Under the pieces are notes generated by a model, which was not told the origin of the DNA, did not search any database, and worked only from the letters and a program-made list of their open reading frames with translations. From positions 65,906,001 through 65,970,000 of the forward strand of contig OX597821.1 of NCBI GenBank assembly GCA_951406725.2: a DNA stretch of 64,000 bases, given 5' to 3'. Origin of the DNA: Octopus vulgaris. Lineage: Eukaryota. Each line of letters opens with the position of its first letter. The first letter of the stretch is position 1. Both the position numbers and the translations under genes were made by a program. Shown piece by piece: positions 41,792-54,865 of the stretch.

Positions 41792-41936
41792 TTATCGCCT
41801 TCGAACAGAGACGTCAGTGGAAACACCTGCGGGTCTGACTGCGCTACATTGACAAGGGGCAATACCCCGAAACGCGTCTGTAGTTGTCGGACTGGCAGTG
41901 TGAAGCGGCTGACCTCCCTTGTTCGAAGGTTATAAT
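41792..41936 (+). ncRNA. Type I hammerhead motif (41843-41884, U3-A8 core) capping a long hairpin
   Basis: GCTACA-TTGACAA-GGGG-CAATA-CCCC-GAAA-CGCG-TC-TGTAGT; flanks pair (CCTTCGAACA/TGTTCGAAGG, GTCAGT/GCTGAC, TGCGGGTCTGAC/GTCGGACTGGCA). Confidence 0.75.
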
Positions 41937-42049
41937 GGATACAGATCGTGTATCAATAGCTATCTTGATGGCGGTGGCCTCATGGAGCTGACCATGGCAG
42001 TGATTATTCTTATATCTATAAGAATGCCATATTAATATGGCGATAACAA

Positions 42050-42088
<39 letters not shown>

Positions 42089-42619
42089 GCACACACACAC
42101 ACGCACTAACATGCATGTTTTACTTATTGTCATGTATTGAGCATATATAAATGCATGCACACATACACATATACACATATACTCATACCCTGAGATTTAT
42201 GGATAGATGAATAGGGAGAATATGTGAGAGAAATATGGACAGACAGAGAAAGAGAGAGACAAAATGATCGATAAAAGTGCCTTAATTCCTGCTTCGATGT
42301 GTATAAGATACATGAAATTTGAAGATAAGACAAAGAAAACAAGAGGTGGTGGGGTGGGGTGCAAAGCATCTCAGATATCAAAAGAATAAAGATGAAGAAC
42401 CAAAGTGGTTGTGAAAAGGGAAGAGAGAAAGAGAATGGTGGAAGTAAAAGACAGAAGAGAGAGAGAGATGTAGTGAGATACACAGAAGAGAGAGAGAGAG
42501 GAGGTGATGGGAAAGATTACTCTTATGAAATACATAGGGCCTTAGAAGATAATTTCAGATGTGTTATTATTAGGGTCCGGAGGTACAATATTCATGATAT
42601 TGCTGCTCATCCTCTTTTT

Positions 42620-43740
42620 AATTTGGATAAAAAACTTGTTCCTCAACCACTTGGTTCTGGGTTCAGTCCCACTGTGTGACGCATTGAACAGCTGTCTTCT
42701 ACCATAGCCTCAAGCCTACCAAAACCTTGTGAGCAGAACAAGCCCATCATATATTTAATACATATATATACATATATATATATACACACATACATACATA
42801 CATGTATTTATATCTGTGTGTGTGTGTCTTTGTGACTGCGTTTGTCTTCCCACCATCACTTGAGAATCAATGGTGGTGTGTTTACATCCCTGTAACGTGG
42901 TGGTTCAGCAAAAAAGACCGATAAAGAATAAGTACTAGGCTTACAAAAAATAAGTTCTGGGGTCGATTTCCTTGGCTAAAAAAACCCCCTTTAAGATGGT
43001 GCTCCAGAATGGCCACAGTCAAGTGATTGAAACAAATAAAAGAATAAAAATATACACACACATACACACACACATACATGTACCCCTGAATATTGAGACA
43101 GGCCCAGATATGTATGTATGTATACATCTATGTATATATGTGTGTGTGTGCTTATGTCAGTATACATTAGCATGTGTTCTGGTCTGCACGTGTTGGATTA
43201 GGTGTGAACATAACAAATCGACACAACGACAATATTTGTATGTATGACAATATGCATACATTAACATACATTAGCAAACACAGATATACAGTACACTATC
43301 ATATCTAAACACACACACACACACACACGTGCATTATATACTCTTTACTCTTTTACTTGTTTCAGTTATTTGACTGTGGCCATGCTGGAGCACTGCCTTT
43401 AGTCAAGCAAATCGACCCCAGGATTTTTTCTTTGTAAGCCTAGTACTTATTCTATCGGTCTCATTTTGCCGAACCACTAGGTTATGGGGACCTAAACACA
43501 CCAGCATCGGTTGTCAAGTGATGTTGGGGGGGGGGGACAAACACAGACACACATACATATATATATATACATATATACGATGGGCTTCTTTCAGTTTCCA
43601 TCTACCAAATACACCCACAAGGATTTGGTCAGCCCGAGGCTATAGTAGAAGACACTTGCCCGAGGTGCCATGCAGTGGGACTGAACCCAGAACCATGTGG
43701 TTCGTAAGCAAGCTACTTACCACTGAGCCACTCCTACGCC
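42620..43740. mobile_element. Two SINE family A copies tail-to-tail
   Basis: Plus copy ~42620-43050, minus copy ~43340-43740. Confidence 0.85.
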
Positions 43741-45007
43741 TCAAGTTTTACACTCAATGTTGTGGCGTCTAACACTGGCATCACAGCAAGGTTCTTTCTC
43801 CATCACCTTAAACAAGATCTTCACCCTCACCACGTCGTTATCAATGACACCTTTGATACTGTAACCTGCCCCTCCTCACCATTATGGTCATCTTCACAAT
43901 CTGACGATTGTCCTCACTTCCCAGCATCCTTGCCACTAATACTAGCGACAGTGTCATCATTGTCGTTGATGTCGTCAGCATCATTATAATCGTCATCAAC
44001 AGCATCGTGATTTTCGTCGCAGTTCTCATTACCACTGACGCTCTCACTGCTAGCACCACTACCACCACCACCACCACCACCATCATCTTTGTCAGCATCT
44101 ATGCCACTGTCATCATTATCCTCACCACCATTGCCACCACCTCTACCATCATCATCACACCACCACCTCCACCACCGCAATCACTACTATCGTCACCACC
44201 ACCACTCACCGTCATTGTCACTACCACCAATTCCACTATCATTACTAACCAGCATTATCATCATTGATACCATCACTATTACCATCATCATCATCATTAT
44301 CATCATAATTCATTATCACACCTACTAACCATTATTACAAGAATTAGCACTAACATCTCCATCCAGCACCATCTTCATTACCATCATAATAATTTCATTG
44401 CCACCATCATTACAACCACCACCACCACCACCATCACCACTGCCATCACTGCTGCCACCACAATTTCTAGATGAATTTCGTGTCATTCCTCCTTCTGCCT
44501 ATACTTCTCAAACACCTCCACCTGAGATGCTACCGTCTTCAACCCCTATCTCACCCTACTCCTACACTGATCCTCCCTTCCATCTCCATTACCGTTCCAG
44601 GCCCAATTTCTTCATCTACATCAATTCCCAGAACTCCCAAAATATATTAAGCTCCAGAATGTTCCAATCCTAATTCAATATCTTTTCTAACACTTACCAC
44701 CGTATTTTGACAATTCTTCACACGTTCGTCTTATCTTATCTTCATGCCATTCCATCTATTCTCATCCCATGTCCTCATCACCTGAGTGTCCTCTTGCCAT
44801 GACCCACCTCCACCTAATCGGCCCAGATACTTACCATTCAAAAATTCATAGCATCATCATGGTGTCTAAATCCCCATGTTGCCAGGACATCATTTTCAAT
44901 TTGAATTATCTCAGTCAAGATGAGTGATGACTGTTTCCTTCAGTCAATCTTGCCTTCATTAACACTTTTGACACATCCACATATATAGACATATCTTTAT
45001 ATACATG

Positions 45008-45172
45008 CAGGGCCAGCTCCATGTACTGGCAACTCAGGCAGTTGCTCAGGGCACTATGTGTTAGGGGCCACCAAGGAGGGCATGACAAAGACAAGGAAAT
45101 TTCCATGACTGTCAACTTGTACACGCCCAAGCTCAGCTTGCCTGGGGCACCAGCAGCCTGAGGCCAGCCCTG
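45008..45172. mobile_element. hAT-type MITE, 165 bp, 8-bp TSD
   Basis: Ends CAGGGCCAGC / GCCAGCCCTG; perfect TSD TATACATG at 45000-07 and 45173-80. Confidence 0.9.
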
Positions 45173-46166
45173 TATACATGTGAACAGCAGCTCCACATAA
45201 GGTTATATTGAATGGTATCCAGCAAATATGGGGTTCAACTCTCACCAATGATCCTGCCTATATTTTTTCATATTATGCTCAGCTTACAAATGTATTTAAA
45301 CCTAAACATACCGTAATATGGTTGGCATTTGGAAGGGCATCCAGCTGCAGAAATCATGCCAAAGCTAACCTCACATGTGCTAGTGCCATGTAGAAAGCAT
45401 ACAGTCCACTCTGTGGAGTGGTTGGTGTTAGGAAGGGCATCCAGCTGTAAAATCCCTGCCAAAACAGACACAGTAGCCCAGAGTAGTTTTTTACCTGGGC
45501 TGCTCCTGTCAACCATCCTATTCATTACAGGCATGGAAGATGGATGCTAAACAATGATGATGATGATATTATATATATATATATAATGATGCCACCCACC
45601 AGATATATATATATATATATATATATATACAGCAGGGTGGCATCATTTGAAAGCTAAAACAATTTAAAGTGTAGTGTGACCAGCGATGTATAACAACATG
45701 TGACAGACTGATGTAATCTATATATATATATATATATATATATACACTTGCACACACATGTGTGTGTGTGGTAAGAAGCTTGCTTCCCAACCACATGGTT
45801 CTGGGTTCAGTCCTACTGCGTGACACCTTGGGCAAGAGTCTTCTACAATAGCCTCAGGCCAACCAAAGCTTTTCGAGTGGATTTAGTAGACTGAAACTGA
45901 AAGAAGCCCTTCATATATGTATGTGTGTGTGGGTGTGTGTCTTTGTGTTTGTCTTCCCTACCCCACTTGATAACCAATATTAGTGTTTAAGTCCCCAAAC
46001 ACACTGGGCCTTTTTTCAGCTTCTGCCTTCCCAGTCCACTCAGAAGACTGTGAGCCCTGGGGCTATAATAGAAAACATGGTGCTACACAGCAGGAATGAA
46101 CTCAAAACCACCCGGTTCAAAATTAAGCTTATTAACTAGACAACCACATGCATGCATATATATATA

Positions 46167-46586
46167 CTCTTTACTCTTTTACTCTTTTACTTGTTTCAGT
46201 CATTTGACTGCGGCCATGCTGGAGCACCGCCTTTAGTCGAGCAAATCGACCCCAGGACTTATTCTTTGTAAGCCCAGTACTTATTCTATCAGTCTTTTTT
46301 GCCAAACCGTTAAGTGACGGAGACGTAAACACACCAGCATCGGTTGTCGAGCAATGCTAGGGGGACAAACACACACACACAAACATACACACACACATAT
46401 ATATACATACATACATATATACGACGGGCTTCTTTCAGTTTCCGTCTACCAAATCCACTCACAAGGCTTTGGTTGGCCCGAGGCTATAGTAGAAGACACT
46501 TCCCCAAGATGCCATGCAGTGGGACTGAACCCGGAACCATGTGGTTGGTAAGCAAACTACTTACCACACAGCCACTCCTGCGCCTA
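46167..46586 (-). mobile_element. SINE family A, full length
   Basis: Complete reverse-complement copy. Confidence 0.9.
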
Positions 46587-46709
46587 TATATATATATAAA
46601 GAATACATCATCTAAGATATAAACAAATGAAAAATAATAGCATAATATTTTATGTAAATGGTTAACTGTTATTTCTAGCTGGTTGTTGTTGCTGTTTGTT
46701 TCTTTTTGA

Positions 46710-47000
46710 GCCATGCCTGGCTCATAATAAAGGCTGGTTTCCCGGTTTCATTGGTATATAGGTTCCTCACCTGGACGGGACACTGGTCCATCGCAGGGGG
46801 GCTGCTAGATGCAGGAAGAAAGAGTGAGAGAAAGTTGTGATGAAAGAGTCAGCAGAAGTTTGCCCTTATCTTCTGCTGGAGCCGCATGGAGATTTAGGTG
46901 TTTCACTCATAAACACAGACATCACCCAGTCCAAGATTCGAACCCATCATCCCTTGATTGCATGTCCGCTACTCTTAACCACTAGACCATGTGCCTCCAC
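46710..47000 (-). mobile_element. tRNA-derived SINE family E
   Basis: Minus head GTGGAGGCACATGGTCTAGTGGTTAAGAG...GGTTCGAATC; body shared with 59700-60020. Confidence 0.8.
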
Positions 47001-47159
47001 TCTATCAGGTTGATCAAAACCAAAGCTTCTGATGTAGTTGTTGCTCTTTAGCCCTTGGTTATGTCAGTCCTGTTGAAGCAGAGCTACTATTCATGTTATT
47101 CTTATCATTCAACAGACATCCTACATCTTAGTTCTTATTCCGTTTTTTTCTTTTTTTCT

Positions 47160-47368
47160 TCTACTTGTTACAGTCATTTAATAGTGGCCATGCTGGAGCA
47201 CTGCCATTTAGTCGAACAAATTCACCCCGGGACTTATTCTTTGTAAGCCTAGTACTTATTCTATCAGTCTCTTTTTGCCGAACTGCAAATTTACGGGGAT
47301 GTAAACACACCAACATCGATTACCAAGCAATGGTAGGGGGAGGAACACAGACACACACAAATATATGT

Positions 47369-47412
<44 letters not shown>

Positions 47413-47815
47413 TGTATGTATATGTGCGTATATGTTTATGTGTCTGTGTTTGTCTGTCCCCCACCCCCAACATTGCTTGACAACCAATGCTGGTGTGTTT
47501 ACATCCCCGTAACTTAGCGGTGCAGCAAAAGAGACTGATACAATAAGTACTAGGCTTACAAAGAATAAGTCCTGGGGTTGATTTGCTCGACTAAAGGCGG
47601 TGTTCCAGCATGGCAACAGTCAAATGACTGAAACAAGGAAAAGAGTAATATATATATATATATACGATGGGCTTCTTTCAGTTTCTGTCTACCAAATCCA
47701 TTCACAAGGCTTTGGTCGGCCCAAGGCTATAGTAGAAGACACACGCCCAAGGTGCCACACAGTGGGACTGAACCCAGCACCATATGGTTGGGAAGCAAGC
47801 TTCTTACCACACTCC
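47160..47815. mobile_element. Minus SINE family A with an inverted family A 3' module inside its TA tract
   Basis: Minus 3' module 47160-47360, plus 3' module 47435-47645, minus head 47660-47815. Confidence 0.85.
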
Positions 47816-48689
47816 TTTTCCTTTCTCAGAGTGGAAGATACAACTTGAAGGAAATTTGACTGCTATTTCCAGCCGATTAGACATACACAGAGACGCTCTT
47901 TGATTGCTAGAAATTTGCAAATTTTATCCAAATCAGGATAACACACATGAACACACACACACACACCCACACACACACATACGCACGTATGTTAATACAT
48001 GATCATGATGTTGGTGGTGATGATGATGGTATCAGGGTGGTGATGATGATGATGATGATGTCAACAAAGATGATGGCAATGACTGATGGTTGTGATGGTG
48101 ATAACGATGATGATGGTAATGAAAATATCAACAAAGACACTGATGATGACGATGGTAGTGATGGTGGTAGTGGTGGGGGTGTTGGAGTTGGTTGGGGTGG
48201 TGTGTGTGTTGATGCTGCTGCTACTGGTGATGATGATGATGATGAGAGAACAATAAGACTTTTAGTAACCAAAGACCCTTGGCACACTTGATATCTGTGA
48301 GCCCTATTGTGTGGTGGTGGTGGTGGAGGTAGTGGTGGTGAGCTGATGCAGGGGTCAGAGAGAGAGAGCGAGCGAGAGAGAGAGAGAGAGAGTAAATGAA
48401 AAGTGATTCCATGTTAATGATATGGGTTTTTGTGTTTGGGGTTGAAGACACATGACTTAGTCATGTGACATATCCGGATGCTTAACGTTGAAGTATGTAG
48501 ATGCGTATGTGTGTATGTTGATACGTGCGTTGTGTGTGTGTGTGTATGTCTGTGTGTGTGTGTGTGTGTGTGTATAAATCTGTGAATTTCTGTGTGTGCA
48601 GGAGAGTATCTACAAATGCATGCATGTGTGTGTGTGTATGCATGAAAGTGCATGTATGTATATATATATATGTGTGTTCATGGATGTGT

Positions 48690-48935
48690 AAGTTTGTGTG
48701 TGAGCAAGAGAGTATGTACAACTGTGTGTGTGTATGTGAAAGAGTATGTATGTATATATGTATGCATGTGTGAGTTATGTGTGTGTGTGTGCAAGTTTGT
48801 GTGTGAACAGGAGAGTATGTACAACTCTGTGTGTGTGTATTTGTGTGTGTGTGTGTGAAAGAGTATGTATGTATATATGTATGCATGTGTGAGTTATGTG
48901 TGTGCAAGTTTGTGTGTGAACAGGAGAGTATGTAC

Positions 48936-48945
<10 letters not shown>
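48690..48945. repeat. ~105-115-bp microsatellite-rich tandem duplication
   Basis: AAGTTTGTGTGTGA...GAGAGTATGTACAAC occurs three times. Confidence 0.8.
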
Positions 48946-48983
<38 letters not shown>

Positions 48984-49336
48984 CGATGCATTCTGTTGAC
49001 ATGGCAATACATGTATTAGTGAAGGTGTATGTGTATGTATCATATCAATTACTACCATGCATGCATGAATGTGTGTGTTCTCTATACCTATTTATGTACG
49101 AGTGAAGGTAGACAGATGGATAGATATATGGATATATATATATATATATATCCATATATATATACATATATATATATATATAAATATATACATATATATA
49201 CATATATATACATATATGCATATATTTATATATACATATATACATATATATACATATATATATACATACATATATATATACATACATATATACATACATA
49301 TACATACATACATATATATACATACATATACATACA

Positions 49337-50149
49337 AACTCCCATACTCTCTTCCTTCTGGAGAAATTCTCATGGCATCCAACAACATCAGAGACCTGGG
49401 AGTAACAGTGGACAACAACATAAGCTGGGCTACACATATAAGCAGCAAAGTTGACATGGCCCGCAGAATGTGTTCCTGGATTCTCAGAACCTTCCAGTCG
49501 AGAGATTCCCACGCTATTATCCTTCTCTTCTCCACTTTTGCCCGACCCCACCTTGAATACTGCTGTCCACTGTGGTCTCCCTACACAAAACAAAATATTA
49601 TGAGAATTGAAGCTCCCCAAAGGTCAATCACAAAAAAGATAGATGGCATGTCAGACCTTGACTACTGGGGTAGACTAGAGAAGCTGAAATTGTATTCACT
49701 CCAACGACGCCGTGAACGCTACATTATCTGTATGATGTGGAAAATATTCCATCAGCACTGTCCGAATGATGTTGGCATCACCTTCAAAATGCATCCAAGG
49801 CTTGGACCACGTGCCATCCGTCCACAACAAAAATCTAAATCGCATCACATAACGACAATACGGCACAACTATTTCACCTCAATTGGACCCGCTCTCTTCA
49901 ACATTACACCAGGACACGTCAAAAAAGAAACTGACCACACAAAATTCAAGAAGTCTTTGGACAAATTCCTTCAAACAGTACCGGACAAACCATCCACACC
50001 CGGATATGTCTCCGCAAACAATAACTCTCTGCTCGAATGGGCCTTGGTGCCCAAATCCTGAACTGAAAGACTTCGCCAGGTGGTGCTATTAAGTTAGACA
50101 TGGCCTGGGCCAATACTGGCCAAAAACCTTTCTAAGTTATTCTAAGTTA
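49337..50149 (+). mobile_element. 5'-truncated, young CR1-clade LINE (open RT C-terminal frame of ~240 aa plus 3' UTR)
   Basis: [40 protein letters not shown] motifs with no stops to 50061; tail (TTCTAAGTTA)x2; inserted in a TA/CA tract. Confidence 0.92.
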
Positions 50150-51214
50150 TATATATATACATACATATACATACATACATATATATATATATACATACAT
50201 ATATCATACATATATATACATATATATATAGAGAGAGATACATAGATAGAGAGAGAGATAAGTAGATTGATAGATAAAAATGGAGAGATGGAGAGAGAGA
50301 GAGAGAGAGAGAGGGAGAAATGGATAGATAGACAAATAGATAGGTAGATAGATAGATATATATATATATATTGATAGATAGATAAAGCTAGATAGCGAGG
50401 TAGTTAGATTGTCAGTATATTTGAAAAATATGTTGCATGTATATGCACGAATAGAATATAATTAACTGCGTGTATATATCTATGTATATATAAAAGGGTG
50501 TGTATTAGTGATGTGAAAGTAGTATGTAGTGTATATATCCCATATATGTGCATCTGTGGTGTATATCTGTATGTGTGCAAGAGATGTAAATATATGCACA
50601 TGCAGTTGTGTATGTGTGTGTATGTGTAAGATGCATGTGGTAGGTATTTGAGTGAATGTGTGATGCATGTGTTTGCATGATGTGTGTATGCATATGTAGT
50701 ATGCATGTGTATGTATAGGCATATAGGTGCATGTGTATGCACACATGTGTGTATGATGTATGAGGCTGGTATATGTGTTTGTGCAGTGCATGACTGCATG
50801 TGTGTGAAAGTGAAAGTTGTCATGTGTGCACCTATGTGGTATGTGTGTGCATCTGCAGTGTGCATGTATGTGTGCGTACATACGTTAAGCGGTACACCGT
50901 AAATATGCCTAGGTCATATGTGTGTGTGTATATGTAAGTGCATGTGCATGTGTGTTTATGTGTGAGTGCATGAGCATGTGTGTGTGTGTGTGTGTGTGTG
51001 TCTGTGTGTAAGTGCACACACATGTGTGTGTATGTGTGTGCAAGGTTCCTGACAGCAAGGTGACAATTTGGTCGACTAATTGGTGCTGAGCAAACATGTC
51101 TGCAGAATTCCGTGTCACCAGAACGGTGAGGTGTGGTATGGTCGGTAGTGGGTAGTGTAGAATCTGGTAGTGGCAGAGGTAGAGAGGGTATGTAAATGTT
51201 TAGGTACAGCAGCA

Positions 51215-51700
51215 GCAGTAGTAGTAGTGGTAGTAGTGACTGCGGTGGTGGTGGTGGTAGTAGTGGTGGTGGTGGTGGTGGTGATGATAGAGGGAATAGT
51301 AGTGGTAATAGTTGTGGTATTGGTGGTAGTAGTAGTAGTAGTAGTAGTGGTGATGGTAGTGGTAGTAGTTGTGGTTGTGATGGTAGTAGTGGTAGTGGTG
51401 CTGATGGTGGTGATAGTAGTGGTGGTGATAGTAGTGGTGGTGATAGTAGTGGTGGTGATAGTAGTGGTGGTGATAGTAGTGGTGGTGATAGTAGTGGTGG
51501 TGACAATGGCAGTGGTGATGGTAGTGGTAGTAGTGGCGGTAGTAATTGTGGTAGTGGTTGTAGTAGTAGTAGTGGTGGTGGTGGTGGTGATAGTAGTCGT
51601 AATAGTAGGAGGTGTGACTGTTATAGGTGTCAATAGGCGTTGCAGAGTGTGGCTGCAGTACAGCAGCATGTAGGGTGGTGGTGGTGGTGGTGGTGGTGTC
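51215..51700. repeat. (GGT/AGT)n block with a 15-bp unit GGTGGTGATAGTAGT x6
   Basis: Visible at ~51406-51500. Confidence 0.9.
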
Positions 51701-53073
51701 GTTTGGGGAGGAACCCATGGCAAAAGAGTGGCATGGAACGATAAAGCAGCAGAGGTGGTAGTAGGGTGGTGTGAAGTAATCAAGTAGTAGTGGTAACGAA
51801 GGTGTGGCCAGGGGGGGGGGGGTGTTGAGGTGCGGAATGGAAAGCCGAAGGTACAAATGATGAGTGACATGGAGGAGTAGAGACAGCAGCAGCAGCAGCA
51901 ACCATGACAACAAAAACAGCAACAACAACAACAACAGCACCAACAACAACATGTGATTAAAACTACATGATAGCAAAGTCCCTGATGGTTGTACTACAGT
52001 GGTGTGATAGTATTGTATTGGTAGTGGTGTTTTATGTGTATTAGTAGTGGCTACTGGGGCACTGTGGTGGCTGCGGTGGTAGTGTTGCTATGTGCTATGC
52101 TGTGTTGGTAGCAGTGTTGGTGGTAGACCTCTGTATGTAATTATGAGCTGTTGTAGTAGTAGTGGTGGTGGTGGTGGCGGTGGTAGTAGTAGTGTTGGTA
52201 GAGAGTCCAGTTTGCTGGACATTGTTGTAGAGCTGAAAAAGAAGTAATTTCTACTCTTCTCCTCTGGAAGCCATCTACTTGCAATACCAGAGGGCGCACA
52301 CTCTCCTACCCTGATGTAATCTCCAGGGATACAGGCATCCAGCATGGTGGTGGTGGTGGTGGTGGTAGTAGTAGTAGTGTTGGTGGTAGAGCTCTATGTG
52401 ATATTGATTCTACATTTTGGCCCCAAGCTAGCAAGATTGGTGAGAGGGTGACAGGTATTTATTTTATCGATCTCAACAAGATGAATGGCAAAGTCAACCT
52501 CAGTGGAATTTGAACTTGAAACGTAAAGACAGATGAAACGCCCCAAAACATGCTAACCATTCTCCCAGCTTGCCGCCTTAACTTTGTATGTAATACTAGC
52601 TTCAAATTTTGGCACAAGGGCAGCAAGTTCATTCGGAGTGAATAGGTTGAATACATCAACCCCAATATTCAACTGGTACTTATTTTATCAACCTTGAAAG
52701 GCAATGTTAAACTTGACAGAATTTGAACTCAGGAACCTAAGACCAGATGAAATGCCGCCAAGCTTTTTGCCTGGTACACTAATGATTCTGTCACCTTGCT
52801 TGCTGTCTTAATCCCTCAACTGTCCTTAATCCCTTGACTATTGGGGGTGTTACATTCCAAAACCCCCTGTGATAGGTAAAAATCCACGAAGTAGAAATAG
52901 TACTGTACTGTATATTTTCTTTTATTGTTTTTATAATTTGTATATATTCATTTTATTATAAATGCAAAACAACACCATGGAGAAATCGACGTAAAATTAA
53001 ATAATTAGCTGTAATAGGTGAATCGCGATGTGGTGAGGGATTACTACGTGTATGTATATATATATCAGTGCAC

Positions 53074-53121
53074 ATTCAAAGCCAGTGAACAGTAATTGAC
53101 GAAACCGGTTTGACTTTGAAT
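53074..53121 (+). ncRNA. Type I minimal hammerhead motif, G3-C8 core
   Basis: ATTCAAAGCCA-GTGAACA-GTAATTGAC-GAAA-CCGG-TT-TGACTTTGAAT; stem I 10/11 paired. Confidence 0.7.
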
Positions 53122-53308
53122 CATTTTAACAATTCATAGTAATGACTTTTATTCCTCTTAATTCTACTTCAGTTCATCTAATTGTGTATATTTATTGTTA
53201 CTTTTCATAAAAAAGCCTTTATTTTTTTTATATCCAATGTACATTTTCATTTTTTTCTTCTTAATTTCCCCATATCTCTTCCACATGAAGTTTCTATTTT
53301 CTTTTTGA

Positions 53309-53349
<41 letters not shown>

Positions 53350-53351
<2 letters not shown>

Positions 53352-53515
53352 TCTCTCCTTGTTTCTCTCATTGTGTTTTTTGCGTCCCTTTCTGTTGAAG
53401 AGTGTAGGCTCAAAACGTAAAAGACTTTTTCTATTCCTGAGCATTACACTAATACATCTGTTTGTTTTGTACACCACCTGTCTTCATCTTTTGGTTTTTT
53501 CATAAACTCTCCGTA
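53350..53515 (+). mobile_element. Penelope-like repeat fragment with hammerhead-like motif (53388-53423)
   Basis: CTTT-CTGTTGA-A-GAGT-GTAG-GCTC-AAAA-CG-TA-AAAG. Confidence 0.65.
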
Positions 53516-54524
53516 TATATATATATGTATGTATCATATATACAATGATCCCTCAACTATCCTGGTGTTACATTCCAAAACCACCCGTGATAGGTGAAAA
53601 TCTAGGATGTAGAAACAGTACTGTACTGTATATTTTTAAAATTATTTTTATAATTTGCGTATATTTTATCATAAATGCGAAACAACACTACGGAGGAATT
53701 GACATAAGCTTAAAAAATAAAAAGTGATAGGTGATCTACGATATGGCATGGGTTTACTGTATAAGTAATAGTACTAATGTAGTGAATGGGTAGAATTATT
53801 AGCATGTTGGGCAATGTGCTTAGAGGCATTTCATCTAAATCTCTATGTTCTGAGTTCAAATTCTGCCGTGGTTGATTTTGCCTTTTGTCCTACCAGGGTT
53901 GACAAAATAAGTACCAGTTGAGCACTAGGGTCAATGTAATGGACTTACCCCTACCCTCAAACTTCCTGGCGTTCAAGCCAATATTAGTTAATTGTAGTAG
54001 CAAGGTGGTGAGCTGGTAGAACTGTTACTGTACTGGAAAAATGCTTAGGAACATCTCTAATGATTACGTTCTTAGTTCAAATTCTGTCAGGGTTGACTTC
54101 GCCTTCCATCCCTTTACTTCAATAAAATAAGTACCAACTGAATATTGGGGGAGCAATGTATATGAATAGCCCCTCCCCACCAAATCACTGGCCATGTTTC
54201 TGACCTTGAAACTAAAGTTAGTGTTGGTGGTGGAGCTCTGTATGTGATATTAGCAGTGGTTGTAGGCATGGTGGTGGTAGTTGCAGTGATGGTGGTAGTA
54301 TTGTAGTACAGGTAAAGGTGGTCATCCTGTGACTCTTGTGATGGTAACAATATTGGGAGCTGAGTGGAAGGCGTTTCAACAAGGATGTGCTGGTGGTGGT
54401 GGTGTTGCCAGGAGGATGCAATAACACACATTGAAAACAAATAACACACACACACACACATGTGTGTATATATATATATGCGCGTGTGACTGTGTACATA
54501 TACATATGTGTGTGTGTGTATGTG

Positions 54525-54557
<33 letters not shown>

Positions 54558-54563
54558 ATATAC

Positions 54564-54619
<56 letters not shown>

Positions 54620-54623
<4 letters not shown>

Positions 54624-54805
54624 GGAATTCACAAAAAACAAAAGATGAAGACAGGTGTATAAACAACAAACAGGTGTATTAGTTTAACACTCAGGAAGGT
54701 GAGAAAGTCTTTTATGTTTCGAGCCTATGCTCTTTAACAGAAAGGAATACAAGAAAATAAACAGAGAGAGAATAAAAAAAAGCTTTGGTGGCTAGGGGTC
54801 TAGAG
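54620..54805 (-). mobile_element. Penelope-like repeat fragment with hammerhead-like motif (54709-54744)
   Basis: Minus: CTTT-CTGTTAA-A-GAGC-ATAG-GCTC-GAAA-CA-TA-AAAG. Confidence 0.65.
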
Positions 54806-54824
54806 ATAGGGAGGAGGAGAGAGA

Positions 54825-54865
<41 letters not shown>

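Larger units (their letters stand above)
52827..53762 (+). mobile_element. Two direct copies of a ~220-bp pogo/Tigger-like MITE (52827-53046, 53543-53760)
   Basis: Shared GTGTTACATTCCAAAA...GTAGAAA(T/C)AGTACTGTACTGTATATTTT; imperfect TIRs (TAATCCCT...AGGGATTA; TACAATGATCCC...GGGTTTACTGTA). Confidence 0.75.

Noticed and set aside
45585-45647. 13-bp inverted repeat around a TA tract as MITE TIRs
   Set aside because: No element body or TSD; more likely a small local inversion next to a repeat fragment.
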